Assembly (NCBI RefSeq): GCF_003315245.1
Contig: NZ_QNRT01000002.1
Location: 478,206 to 542,205 of the forward strand
Length of the DNA: 64,000 nt
Direction: 5' to 3'
Origin: Arenicella xantha
GTDB lineage: Bacteria; Pseudomonadota; Gammaproteobacteria; Arenicellales; Arenicellaceae
Shown here: positions 10,480 through 20,069 of the stretch, piece by piece
How the letters are laid out: every line of letters starts with the position of its first letter
Position numbering within the stretch: the stretch's first letter is position 1
The notes under the pieces: model-generated
Database searches by the model: none
Told to the model about the DNA's origin: nothing
What the model saw: the letters and a program-made list of their open reading frames with translations, nothing else
Program-made: the position numbers and the translations under genes

Positions 10480-13400
10480 ATGAGCAAAGACGAAACACAA
10501 ATTATTGACAACGCGGTCGCCGAAGCCGGCGCCTACGATGTAATTCGCAAACGCCTTAACGAGCAAGGTTCTAATTTACAGACGCTAGCGCAACAACTGA
10601 ATCAACAACGTTTATCTGAGTTCGGTGGCGTCGAAATCCAAGCCATTGCTCGCACTCGAGTAAGAACCGAAAACAACTGTATAGCACGCGATATTGTGCG
10701 AGTTGGCGATCAGCTTTTATTCGGCTATAACGTGTTTATCGGTCTCAAAAAAGAAACTCATATCGACGACGTTTTTGCCCTATTTGAACTAGTGCAAGAC
10801 GGCGACACCTTTGAGTTACAAGCAGCTGACATCCAAAAATCATTTCTGGCCGACTCTCGTTTCCAAGGCGATTTCGACGAACTGTATCGCTACTATAAGG
10901 AATCTCGCCTGGTTCAATTACGCGTTATCGATGGCAAGCTACTCGCTGGATTCCAAGTGGGCGAACGCGCCACAGACATTCGCGTGTTTCGTTGGGCGAT
11001 CTCCGCTGACGGCAAGCAGTTTGATTACATTGACAATCGCGGGGAACGCGATATCGAGCTTCCCACTCAATACGACTTCGAGTGGATCGAAACCAGTCGC
11101 GACGACTTCGTACATGGCCGACATCCGCACGTTAACATCGCCGACACCGTATTTGTCGAAACCATTAATGGCGAGCTCACGGTCAAGGTTGAGGACAATA
11201 CTGAAGACGGTCTTGGTATCTATTCCGAACAAGTACAAGAAGCCAACCAGTCACTAGACGACGCAAGTATTAGCTATGCCAAGGTTGGCAATCTCATTCT
11301 ATTGGCCGTAACGCCATATAAAGAAGAAAAAACGCGCTACCTCGTCTTCAACTCCCTAACCCAACAAGTCGAGCGCATCGATGCCATTGGGCAGTCCTGC
11401 ATCGGCCTGCCCGAAGGCCACGGCATTATCTTCCCTGGCGGAATTTATTTAGACACGGGCGAATCGAAGTCGTTTCCAGATGACATTAATGGTTTGACCT
11501 TCAAACGCATGATTCGCTCGCCCAACGGCGAAGATGTGCTGTATGTGTTCTACGAGCAAGTCGAAGGCAAGTTCGGATTATTTAGCTACAACCTAATTAC
11601 TCGATCGCTACAAAACCCAATTTTTGGCAATGGTTATGGACTCTTTCCCGACGGCAAGTTGATCGTTTTCTCAGCGGAGGCTGAACCCACTCGTGTACAT
11701 CCAATGCAACTTTGGCAGACCTCGTATATCAGCGCCGAATTTGCCAGCGAACAACCCGAGAGCACTACCGAGCTAGGCAAGATTGGCAACTCAGAATTAG
11801 TCCGCGGCATTTCAGACCTGTTCTCTATTCACCAACTCATTGAGAAAAAAGAAGTATCAATGCGCCACTACGAGGAGCTTCGAGAGGCCACGCGTAAGAT
11901 CTTCGATATGCACTATTGGCTCGACTCCAGCGCACGACCTGAAATTGCCGCTACGTTACGCGAAGTCGGACAAACCTCTGAACTGGTTATCGATGAATTC
12001 GAAAAAGTTCAAAGCATTCAACTGCAATCGAGCCAAGCGCTGAGCGAAGCAAAATCTAAACAGCGCACACTACTAAGTCGTATTCAAACCACCACTTGGG
12101 AAACTGCCGAACAGTTTGTCGCATCGATTCTCGAAATACGTAAGCAACGCGGCCATATCGCCACCATTAAAAGCTACCGCTACATTAATGTCGAAGAGCT
12201 CGAACAACTCGAACAGGCGCTGACTGATGCTGAAACACAACTGGGAACCCAGACCACCGAATTTCTAACCGCAGAAGACTCGCTGCAGTCCTACAGTCAG
12301 CACACCGCCGCATACGCCGAACAAATCGACATGGCTCAAACGAATGCTGAAATCCGCCCCATCATTGAGTCGATTGGCGAGACCACGGCACAGTTAGACT
12401 TGCTCTCGGAACTGATCACCACCTTGAAAATCGACGACACCACAGTGCGAACGCGTATTGTCGACACGATCTCTGAGGTCTACGCCAACCTTAATCAAAC
12501 CAAGGCACGCGGCACGCAAAAGCAAAAGGGGCTCGGCTCAGAAGAAGCAATCGCGCAATTTTCAGCACAATTCAAACTATTCTCGCAGAGCATCACGAAT
12601 GCGCTCAGTGCGTCAGATACACCGGACAAATGTGATGAACAGCTAGCCAAACTATTAGTACAGCTCGAGGATCTGGAGAGCCAGTTTAGCGACTACGATC
12701 AATTTCTTGGCGACATTATGGACAAGCGCGAAGAGATCTATGAATCGTTCGAAGCGCACAAGCAAAGCCTAATGGAAGCGCGACAACGACGCGCACAAAC
12801 TCTGAGTGATTCCGCCGCGCGTATCCTCAATAGCATCGAGAAACGCTCACTTAAATTAGCTAACAGCGACGACCTAAACACTTACTTTGCATCCGATGCC
12901 TTAGTACTCAAGACCGACGAGCTAATCGAACAGTTACGCGCACTTGACGCGCAGATTAATGCCGATGATGTGCAGTCACGATTCAAGGGAATCAAAGAAC
13001 AAGCTATTCGGGCATTACGCGACAAGACCGACATCTATGAAGACGGTGGTAAAGTCATTAAGTTGGGGCCAAAACACAAATTCAGCGTCAACCAACAAGA
13101 ACTCGACCTCACCATAATTCCGCGCAACGATCAGCTCTACTTCCACCTTATTGGTACTGACTTCTATGAGCCAGTAAGCGACCCTAAACTGGCCGATGCA
13201 CAGCAATACTGGTCAATGTCGCTCGAGTCTGAAACACCGGATATCTACCGTGCCGAGACACTCGCATTTCTAGTCCTTGATGCCGCGCGACAAGGGCAAC
13301 ACGAGCTTAGTATGAAGGGTTTATACGAAGTTCTAAAAAAACCAGACGAGCTGACCAAGCTACTACGTGATTTCTCCACGCCGCTTTATAAACACGGCTA

Positions 13401-15864
13401 TCAAAAAGGCATACACGACTTCGATGCGTCACTTATTCTGCAAGCCATTTTACCGGCCATAACCGCAGCTGAGCTGTTAACCTTTGAACCGAGTGCTCGA
13501 GCACTTGCCACCGTGTTCTGGCACAACTTGCCGTTATTAGAAAACCAAGATGCAAAAGAGCTGCAAGCGGACTGGTCACAACGCGCTATTTCAAGCCGCG
13601 TATTGCGCGAGCTCTTTACCGACGATCAGGCTTTACGCCTACTCGCGGTTGAAATTCATAATGCCATTGAACGCTTCTTAGCCACCTTTCCGATTCCCAA
13701 TATGGCATCTTCCAGCTATCGAGCGGCGGAATACCTGGTCGAACATTTAGCTGAACACAGCGGCAAATTCATACAGAGTCGCTACGCACGTGATTTGCAA
13801 GCGCACTTTGACCGTAGCCTGAACAGCGAATCCAGCAAACTATTCCGTGAGTCGATCAAACGGCTGGCACATAAACCCGACCAAGCTTGGTCGAGTGCGC
13901 ACGCTTGGTTAACCGCCGTATCAAACTCCATGCGTGACTCACACCCTGAAGTATTGACCATGCAACGCTACATACCCGAAGTTATCGGTCAGCTGATAAC
14001 CGGCGTCGACACCGCAGCGTCCTCAGCAAAATTAGAACTCGAGGTTGAAGGCTTGCTCGGGGAACATAACAAGATTTCCCAACAAACCTTGTCGTTTAGT
14101 CTCGACGAATACCTGCAAAGAATGGAGCATCATCAACGTGTGACTTTGCCAGCATATCGTGATTATCTAACGCTACGTAGCGACGTCATGAAGTCCGAGC
14201 GGAACAAGCTCAAGCTCGAATCGTTTAAAGCAAAACCACTTAGTTCATTTGTGCGAAATCGCTTGGTGAATGAATCATACCTGCCGTTGATTGGTGACAA
14301 TCTCGCTAAGCAAATGGGCACAATCGGTGACACTAAACGAACCGATTTGATGGGCTTATTAATGATGATCTCGCCACCAGGCTACGGTAAAACCACATTA
14401 ATGGAATACGTGGCCAATCGTTTAGGGCTGATCTTTATGAAGATCAACTGTCCTTCGCTCGGGCATGATGTTACCTCGCTGGATCCAGAGCAAGCACCTA
14501 ACTCCACCGCACGCCAGGAGCTAGAGAAAATTAACTTGGCATTTGAGATGGGTAACAATGTGATGCTGTATCTGGACGATATTCAGCATACTCATCCAGA
14601 GTTTTTGCAAAAATACATTTCGCTGTGTGATGGCACACGACGCATTGATGGGGTATGGCGCGGTCAAACAAAGACCTATGATATGCGCGGCAAAAAGTTC
14701 TGCGTGGTAATGGCGGGCAACCCTTACACCGAATCTGGCGAAGTGTTTAAAGTTCCAGACATGCTCGCAAACCGCGCAGACATCTACAATTTGGGCGATA
14801 TATTAGGCGGCATGGACGAGCAGTTTGGGCTAAGTTATATAGAAAATGCATTAACATCCAATGCCGTACTCGCGCCGCTCGCCACACGTGACATGCAAGA
14901 TGTGTATCGACTCATCGATATGGCCAAAGGCAAGAACGTGGCAGCCACCGAACTTAGTCATCAATACAGCGGAGCTGAAATCAACGAGATCAGCAGCGTA
15001 TTCGAGAAGCTATTCGTCATTCAATCGCTAATCTTAAAAGTGAATCAGCAATACATTGCCTCCGCCGCACAGGCTGATCGCTATCGAGTTGAACCCCCTT
15101 TCAAACTACAAGGCAGTTATCGCAACATGAACAAAATGGCCGAGAAAGTATCGGCAGTAATGAATCATGACGAGCTAATGCAACTGATCGAAGACCACTA
15201 TCAAGGCGAGGCGCAGCTACTTACCAACGGTACGGAGCAGAATCTACTTAAGCTTGCCGAGTTACGCGGTAACTTAACGCCCGAAGAAACAGTTCGTTGG
15301 GAGCAAATTCGAGCCGACTTTAAGCGCAGTAAAGCATTAGGCGGAGAAGACATCGATGGCAGCACGCGAATCGCCAATCAGATGATGGACTTAGTAGCAC
15401 GACTAGACGAAATCAATGAGTCGGTTGCGAGTTCCGTGGCTGCCAGCAAACAACAACATGCTAGTGATGGAGCAGCTCAATCTAAATTGGCTGAGCAACG
15501 ACTCGAGTTAGAAGCGAAACAAACGCGCGCGTTACTAAAATCTCTGGCGTCCATTAGCGAAGCGCTGGGCACACAGGCCGCTCCTACCGTTGAAGTGATT
15601 AATCAGCCATCAGACAAAATGATCAATACACTAGACATCATGGCAGCCGCGATGGAAACCAGCATACAACCGCTACTCCTAAGCATGGAGAAGAAGATGG
15701 ATATTGATCTGCGCACCTTAGAAAAAATCCATGATTTAACGCAGCGCATCCAAACGATTAAAGATGAAGCATCCTTGACCACGCGCACGACTCAGCGCAA
15801 AACGAGCAAAACTCAGCAAGGGTCTAGTAGAGAAGCGACTAAGCAAAAGCCAAACAAGGACTAA
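10480..15864 (+). CDS. Giant (1794 aa) coiled-coil P-loop ATPase with a MoxR/AAA_5(dynein/midasin)-like module; function unknown
   Basis: Walker A SPPGYGKTTLMEY, Walker B VMLYLDDIQH, sensor-1-like VVMAGNPYT and an Arg in VPDMLANRADIYN are all present. The ATPase is preceded by a ~430-aa globular N-domain and ~600 aa of coiled coil, and followed by C-terminal coiled coil. No TM segment. Confidence 0.75.
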   Translation: MSKDETQIIDNAVAEAGAYDVIRKRLNEQGSNLQTLAQQLNQQRLSEFGGVEIQAIARTRVRTENNCIARDIVRVGDQLLFGYNVFIGLKKETHIDDVFALFELVQDGDTFELQAADIQKSFLADSRFQGDFDELYRYYKESRLVQLRVIDGKLLAGFQVGERATDIRVFRWAISADGKQFDYIDNRGERDIELPTQYDFEWIETSRDDFVHGRHPHVNIADTVFVETINGELTVKVEDNTEDGLGIYSEQVQEANQSLDDASISYAKVGNLILLAVTPYKEEKTRYLVFNSLTQQVERIDAIGQSCIGLPEGHGIIFPGGIYLDTGESKSFPDDINGLTFKRMIRSPNGEDVLYVFYEQVEGKFGLFSYNLITRSLQNPIFGNGYGLFPDGKLIVFSAEAEPTRVHPMQLWQTSYISAEFASEQPESTTELGKIGNSELVRGISDLFSIHQLIEKKEVSMRHYEELREATRKIFDMHYWLDSSARPEIAATLREVGQTSELVIDEFEKVQSIQLQSSQALSEAKSKQRTLLSRIQTTTWETAEQFVASILEIRKQRGHIATIKSYRYINVEELEQLEQALTDAETQLGTQTTEFLTAEDSLQSYSQHTAAYAEQIDMAQTNAEIRPIIESIGETTAQLDLLSELITTLKIDDTTVRTRIVDTISEVYANLNQTKARGTQKQKGLGSEEAIAQFSAQFKLFSQSITNALSASDTPDKCDEQLAKLLVQLEDLESQFSDYDQFLGDIMDKREEIYESFEAHKQSLMEARQRRAQTLSDSAARILNSIEKRSLKLANSDDLNTYFASDALVLKTDELIEQLRALDAQINADDVQSRFKGIKEQAIRALRDKTDIYEDGGKVIKLGPKHKFSVNQQELDLTIIPRNDQLYFHLIGTDFYEPVSDPKLADAQQYWSMSLESETPDIYRAETLAFLVLDAARQGQHELSMKGLYEVLKKPDELTKLLRDFSTPLYKHGYQKGIHDFDASLILQAILPAITAAELLTFEPSARALATVFWHNLPLLENQDAKELQADWSQRAISSRVLRELFTDDQALRLLAVEIHNAIERFLATFPIPNMASSSYRAAEYLVEHLAEHSGKFIQSRYARDLQAHFDRSLNSESSKLFRESIKRLAHKPDQAWSSAHAWLTAVSNSMRDSHPEVLTMQRYIPEVIGQLITGVDTAASSAKLELEVEGLLGEHNKISQQTLSFSLDEYLQRMEHHQRVTLPAYRDYLTLRSDVMKSERNKLKLESFKAKPLSSFVRNRLVNESYLPLIGDNLAKQMGTIGDTKRTDLMGLLMMISPPGYGKTTLMEYVANRLGLIFMKINCPSLGHDVTSLDPEQAPNSTARQELEKINLAFEMGNNVMLYLDDIQHTHPEFLQKYISLCDGTRRIDGVWRGQTKTYDMRGKKFCVVMAGNPYTESGEVFKVPDMLANRADIYNLGDILGGMDEQFGLSYIENALTSNAVLAPLATRDMQDVYRLIDMAKGKNVAATELSHQYSGAEINEISSVFEKLFVIQSLILKVNQQYIASAAQADRYRVEPPFKLQGSYRNMNKMAEKVSAVMNHDELMQLIEDHYQGEAQLLTNGTEQNLLKLAELRGNLTPEETVRWEQIRADFKRSKALGGEDIDGSTRIANQMMDLVARLDEINESVASSVAASKQQHASDGAAQSKLAEQRLELEAKQTRALLKSLASISEALGTQAAPTVEVINQPSDKMINTLDIMAAAMETSIQPLLLSMEKKMDIDLRTLEKIHDLTQRIQTIKDEASLTTRTTQRKTSKTQQGSSREATKQKPNKD

Positions 15865-15906
15865 GCAGCACGCTTGACCGATAATTCGCCGCCATACAGG
15901 AGACCT

Positions 15907-15941
15907 AGCGCTGGCATCAAACAGGTTTTGATACCAGCGCT
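15907..15941 (+). terminator. Imperfect long hairpin between convergent genes (possible bidirectional terminator)
   Basis: agcgctggcatcaaacaggttttgataccagcgct has near-palindromic 16-nt arms. Confidence 0.4.
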
Positions 15942-15953
15942 AAACTTGAACAG

Positions 15954-17498
15954 TTATTTAACAGAGTCAGGACAACAACCACACACCGTCATCGGTACGC
16001 CTTTGTTGGTCCACTGCCCGTTCCACTTCGAGAAACCAGCCTGTGGTGCACACGCCGTTGGGCACGCCGCATCAGCTTGCGCTTGATTATTAATAAGAGT
16101 GGCCGACGCTACGTCTTTGCATTGCCCCAAAATCATGTCATCAAAACTATGACTTAGATGCGCAGCAAACGAAGTATTTGGTTGGTTCGCCACATTCGCG
16201 GTGCCGTTGTAGTTGTGACATCCGAAACAATTCAATGCGCCGCCGCCGTTTGCCGCGCTCCCTTGAAAAGTTGTCTCCAATACCACATTCGCTAGCTCTA
16301 ATGAGCCACGCTGATTGGTGGTCGATGCGGGGCTAGACGAACCTGAGCCTTTACTGATATCCGAAACCCACAAAGCCCCATTGAATTCGTAACTTTTCCA
16401 CACATCAAGACTAGCCGGTACGCCTGCGCCAGCCAACACGGTTTGTTGCGCTGCATTCAACTTTTCAATCAACGCAATATTAAGGCCATTACGTGTATCA
16501 ATAGGGTCGCCCTCTACCGTGCCATACGGAAACTCTTGGCAGATATCATTGCCACGCTGACCTGACGGCAAGCTAACCGTCGTAAATGGTTGAGACTCGT
16601 TGAGTTTTTGGCAGGCTGTGGCGTCGACTGCGCAAGCCTCGCTGGTAAAATCGTACGCCGATTGACCTTTGGCCATGTCCGCACAATCAACCGCATTGGC
16701 CTGATGGTCGAGGGTAATCCACACCATTTCTGGATGATTATCCGCCGCCACAACGATATGCCAGCCAATCATGCCAAGTGTGTAATCTACTCCATCAATG
16801 GTCGCATCTGACAACACAAATCCATCAGTGCTCTCATTCGGCTTCATGACTCTCCAAGCCATTTTCATTTCCACCGTTTTAGCTGGAAAGTTTGGCTCTG
16901 ACTGAATCGCTGCATAGTCACACAGATTATGCGACAAACGAATTTCGTAGAAAACCACGTTACCGGCTTGATCATAGATCGCGTGAGCGCCCGCTTGGTC
17001 TGTTCTTTCCGGCAAAATAATAGCGCCAGTATCGTCAATGGTTTTAGCGGTACGAATACTCAAACCCCGATCCTTAGTTGCACCGTCGCACGAATTTGCG
17101 CCTATTTCCAGCACCGGATACTGGGCTTGATCTTGCCAATTAGCCAAACCCGGTTTAGCACTTGGTGAAATCAGATACAGAAACCAGTCTTGTGCGAATT
17201 GGTAGAATTCACAAAATTCAGGAGAACCCGTCACTGGGTTACTGGCAATACTTCCAGGCACCTGCGTCACCGAACGTTGCCACCAGTTGGCTGCCTGACT
17301 AAAATCACAATTTTTGACCTGATCGGCATTCGACAAGCTCGCTGCTACAGCACTCGGCTCAGCCGCCCAAAGGGTCGGGGAATAAGCACTTTGTGCTATC
17401 ACAAAACTGGTTACAAGACACACGGCAATCTGTTTAGCGAGCCACAGACGTGCCCTTTTGCCACGAACATTCATTTTTGCAAGGATAATTTTTCTCAT
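15954..17498 (-). CDS. Secreted hypothetical protein with a single CXXCH (CFGCH) heme-binding-type motif near the C-terminus
   Basis: Start chosen at MRKIILAKMN… (GGAG RBS) with signal peptide …VIAQSAYS. The C-terminal region is Cys-rich (CFGCHN, CPTACAPQ, CGCCPD). Confidence 0.5.
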   Translation of the reverse strand: MRKIILAKMNVRGKRARLWLAKQIAVCLVTSFVIAQSAYSPTLWAAEPSAVAASLSNADQVKNCDFSQAANWWQRSVTQVPGSIASNPVTGSPEFCEFYQFAQDWFLYLISPSAKPGLANWQDQAQYPVLEIGANSCDGATKDRGLSIRTAKTIDDTGAIILPERTDQAGAHAIYDQAGNVVFYEIRLSHNLCDYAAIQSEPNFPAKTVEMKMAWRVMKPNESTDGFVLSDATIDGVDYTLGMIGWHIVVAADNHPEMVWITLDHQANAVDCADMAKGQSAYDFTSEACAVDATACQKLNESQPFTTVSLPSGQRGNDICQEFPYGTVEGDPIDTRNGLNIALIEKLNAAQQTVLAGAGVPASLDVWKSYEFNGALWVSDISKGSGSSSPASTTNQRGSLELANVVLETTFQGSAANGGGALNCFGCHNYNGTANVANQPNTSFAAHLSHSFDDMILGQCKDVASATLINNQAQADAACPTACAPQAGFSKWNGQWTNKGVPMTVCGCCPDSVK

Positions 17499-18029
17499 AG
17501 TACACTCCATATAACGGGGCTTTTGATCTAGCTTTGTATAAAGCTATTCATCTAGCCCCAGATCGTTAATAACTTAACAACAAACTGTGCTGTTAATCAC
17601 TCAATATGAGGGCGTCTAAGCGTCAAAACGGTGATGCGTTGTCGCAACATTCCATGCGGTCCTTTCCTGCCAAGCGCTATACCGGCTGGACACAACAGTT
17701 TAGTTTTTAAAAACCGTAATGCGCCAGTTTCTCCATAAGCTCTACCAAAACTATAGTAAAGCTTAATGTGATATTACGTTGGCGATGCCGTATCGTCCGT
17801 ATGACACAAATTACTTAAATTGCCGACTCCACACCGCCCCCCAGCGCGCGGTAGTCAGTCAAAAACTTGTCTGCTAACCGACAAGCTCCTAATTACCGTA
17901 AACTCTTTTTCTGGACAATGATACTGACGTTAGTCTAATAATGTAACTGCGACAATACTCACCTAATATTCCACTTCGCCAATTAAAATATTGCTGCGCC
18001 CTTTAAATTAGCTCTTTAGGATCCTAAAC

Positions 18030-18944
18030 ATGAACGATTTTACCGACCACCAAAAGCACACTGATTCAAGCATTGCCATCCCACAAGAAGCCTTCGACTG
18101 GTATGACGAATACGCCCACGGAGACATCGATCGACGTACATTCTTAGCGCGCTTGGGCACCTTAGCGATTGTTGGACTCAGCGCCAGCACGATAGCTGCT
18201 GCGCTCATTCCTGACTACGCATTGGCCGAGCAGGTATCGTTCAACGACCCAGATATTCGCGCGGAATACACTACCTTTAGTACCCCCAAAGGTCACGGAG
18301 AAGGTCGTGGATACTTGGTGGTGCCCCAAGGCAATGAGAAGCCGATGCCGACCGTGCTAGTAGTGCATGAAAATCGAGGCTTGAACCCTTATATTGAAGA
18401 CGTAGCGCGCCGACTAGGCAAACAGGGATTTATCGCTTTTGCGCCCGATGCCTTGCACCCATTAGGCGGCTACCCAGGCAACGACGATGAAGGACGAGCG
18501 ATGCAACGAAGTCTAGATCGAGCTAAGATCGAACAAGACTTTTTGGCCGCGGCAAATTTCTTAAAGCAGCATACAAAAGGTAACGGCAAATTGGGCGTGG
18601 TAGGGTTCTGCTTTGGTGGTTATATCAGCAATATGTTGGCCGCGGCAGCACCTGAGATTATCGACGCCGCGGTTCCGTTCTACGGCACGCCCGCCAGCGC
18701 TGATTTGATTCCCAACGTGCGTGGCCCACTGTTGATTCAATTCGCCGAAAAAGACGATCGGGTGAATGCCTCTTGGCCTGACTACGAAGCTGCACTCAAA
18801 GCCAACAAAGCGCCATATCAAGCCTATGTTTACCCAGATACCAACCACGGGTTCCATAATGACTCGACCAGTCGATACGACAAAGAAGCAGCAGAGTTAG
18901 CGTGGTCACGAACCTTGGCGTTTTTTACTAAACACTTGGTCTAA
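18030..18944 (+). CDS. Tat-secreted dienelactone hydrolase family protein (carboxymethylenebutenolidase-like)
   Basis: Twin-arginine signal DRRTFLARLGTLAIVGLSAS, then a DLH-family alpha/beta-hydrolase core (GYLVVPQ…VVHENRGLNPYIEDVARRLGKQGFIAFAPD). Confidence 0.8.
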   Translation: MNDFTDHQKHTDSSIAIPQEAFDWYDEYAHGDIDRRTFLARLGTLAIVGLSASTIAAALIPDYALAEQVSFNDPDIRAEYTTFSTPKGHGEGRGYLVVPQGNEKPMPTVLVVHENRGLNPYIEDVARRLGKQGFIAFAPDALHPLGGYPGNDDEGRAMQRSLDRAKIEQDFLAAANFLKQHTKGNGKLGVVGFCFGGYISNMLAAAAPEIIDAAVPFYGTPASADLIPNVRGPLLIQFAEKDDRVNASWPDYEAALKANKAPYQAYVYPDTNHGFHNDSTSRYDKEAAELAWSRTLAFFTKHLV

Positions 18945-19000
18945 CGGAGAGAAATTACGTGCTTACCACACACGCACACTAGATATTTTACGAAAAAATG

Positions 19001-19025
19001 AGGGCCAGCAAGAACATGCTGGCCC
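19001..19025 (-). terminator. Rho-independent terminator for the minus-strand gene (10-bp stem agggccagca/tgctggccct, T-run on the minus strand)
   Basis: Seen in sequence; cattttttcg follows the hairpin on the minus strand. Confidence 0.55.
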
Positions 19026-19058
19026 TAGAATGACAACTATTGAACCTTACATCGAGTT

Positions 19059-19598
19059 TTAAATCGAATCATCAAACGCGCGTGCATACACATCAGCGTT
19101 CGCTTCATGCACGTATCTGCGAGCACGTCCTAGTAGTCCAACATAATCAGCTCGATAGTAGACTTTAAGCGTAGTGTCTGATGGAACCAAAGATGTAATA
19201 TCGAACACAAAGTCCATCTCGAGCGAATTGAGCCCGATAAGATTAGTGGTCAGTTCACCAGTAAGCGGAGTGCCAGAAACAAGACTGGTTATTGCTCCAC
19301 CTAAGCCTGACACGATTATGGTGTCGTCATATAACGTGGTCGCGGCGATTAAATCTTCTACTATGATGTGCACCATAACCGACCCACCAGCTAAAAAAGC
19401 GGTAGGCAACAAGGTTCCGTCCGTCATTTCAAACCGACTTGACGCGGTTACCTCAGTAGCATCAGTTACCCCGATTGAAAATGATTCCGAGACTGGTATC
19501 GCTTGCGCAAATACCGGAGAACTCGACAATACAAAGACGGCGAGTAGTGCGCTTGCTGTGTACTTCACAAAAATTGAATAAACGTTTTTTACTAACAT
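19059..19598 (-). CDS. Secreted hypothetical protein
   Basis: Start chosen at MLVKNVYSIFVKYTASALLAVFVLSSSPVFAQA (signal peptide). The mature part is Thr/Leu/Gly-rich and beta-rich. Confidence 0.4.
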   Translation of the reverse strand: MLVKNVYSIFVKYTASALLAVFVLSSSPVFAQAIPVSESFSIGVTDATEVTASSRFEMTDGTLLPTAFLAGGSVMVHIIVEDLIAATTLYDDTIIVSGLGGAITSLVSGTPLTGELTTNLIGLNSLEMDFVFDITSLVPSDTTLKVYYRADYVGLLGRARRYVHEANADVYARAFDDSI

Positions 19599-20069
19599 AG
19601 TGGTACTCCATAAGAGTTTGCGTGGTTCCCCGCCCATAGTGTCTATAAACCACTGATTGAATTGACATCATCATGTAGTAACAATGCCAATATTATTGAT
19701 TCTGAACACATCCAAACAACAACAAACTAGTGAAACTTAGACTCAAAAAACAGCCAAAGCACCAGCATTGAAATCCCCTGTAAAACTGTACAAAATCCAC
19801 CAACGCTGCTTAGCTATGATGCCGCTGCAACCATTGCCACGACACTGACCGCATACCTAAACAGCGCTAAATACATGCCCCAAATTTAAAACTCCCCTTC
19901 CCACGCTTCAGCCGAATTACGACGTCATTGCCGTTATCAGTCTGTTTGAGGCGGCAGATAAAACCTCTTTTTACTTTACGACGTGGCTGCCAGACTCTAC
20001 CCAGCCACACTCGTTCCAATCCTCATACCCCAAGATGATTACGCTAAATACTCTACGCAAACTCCCAGA

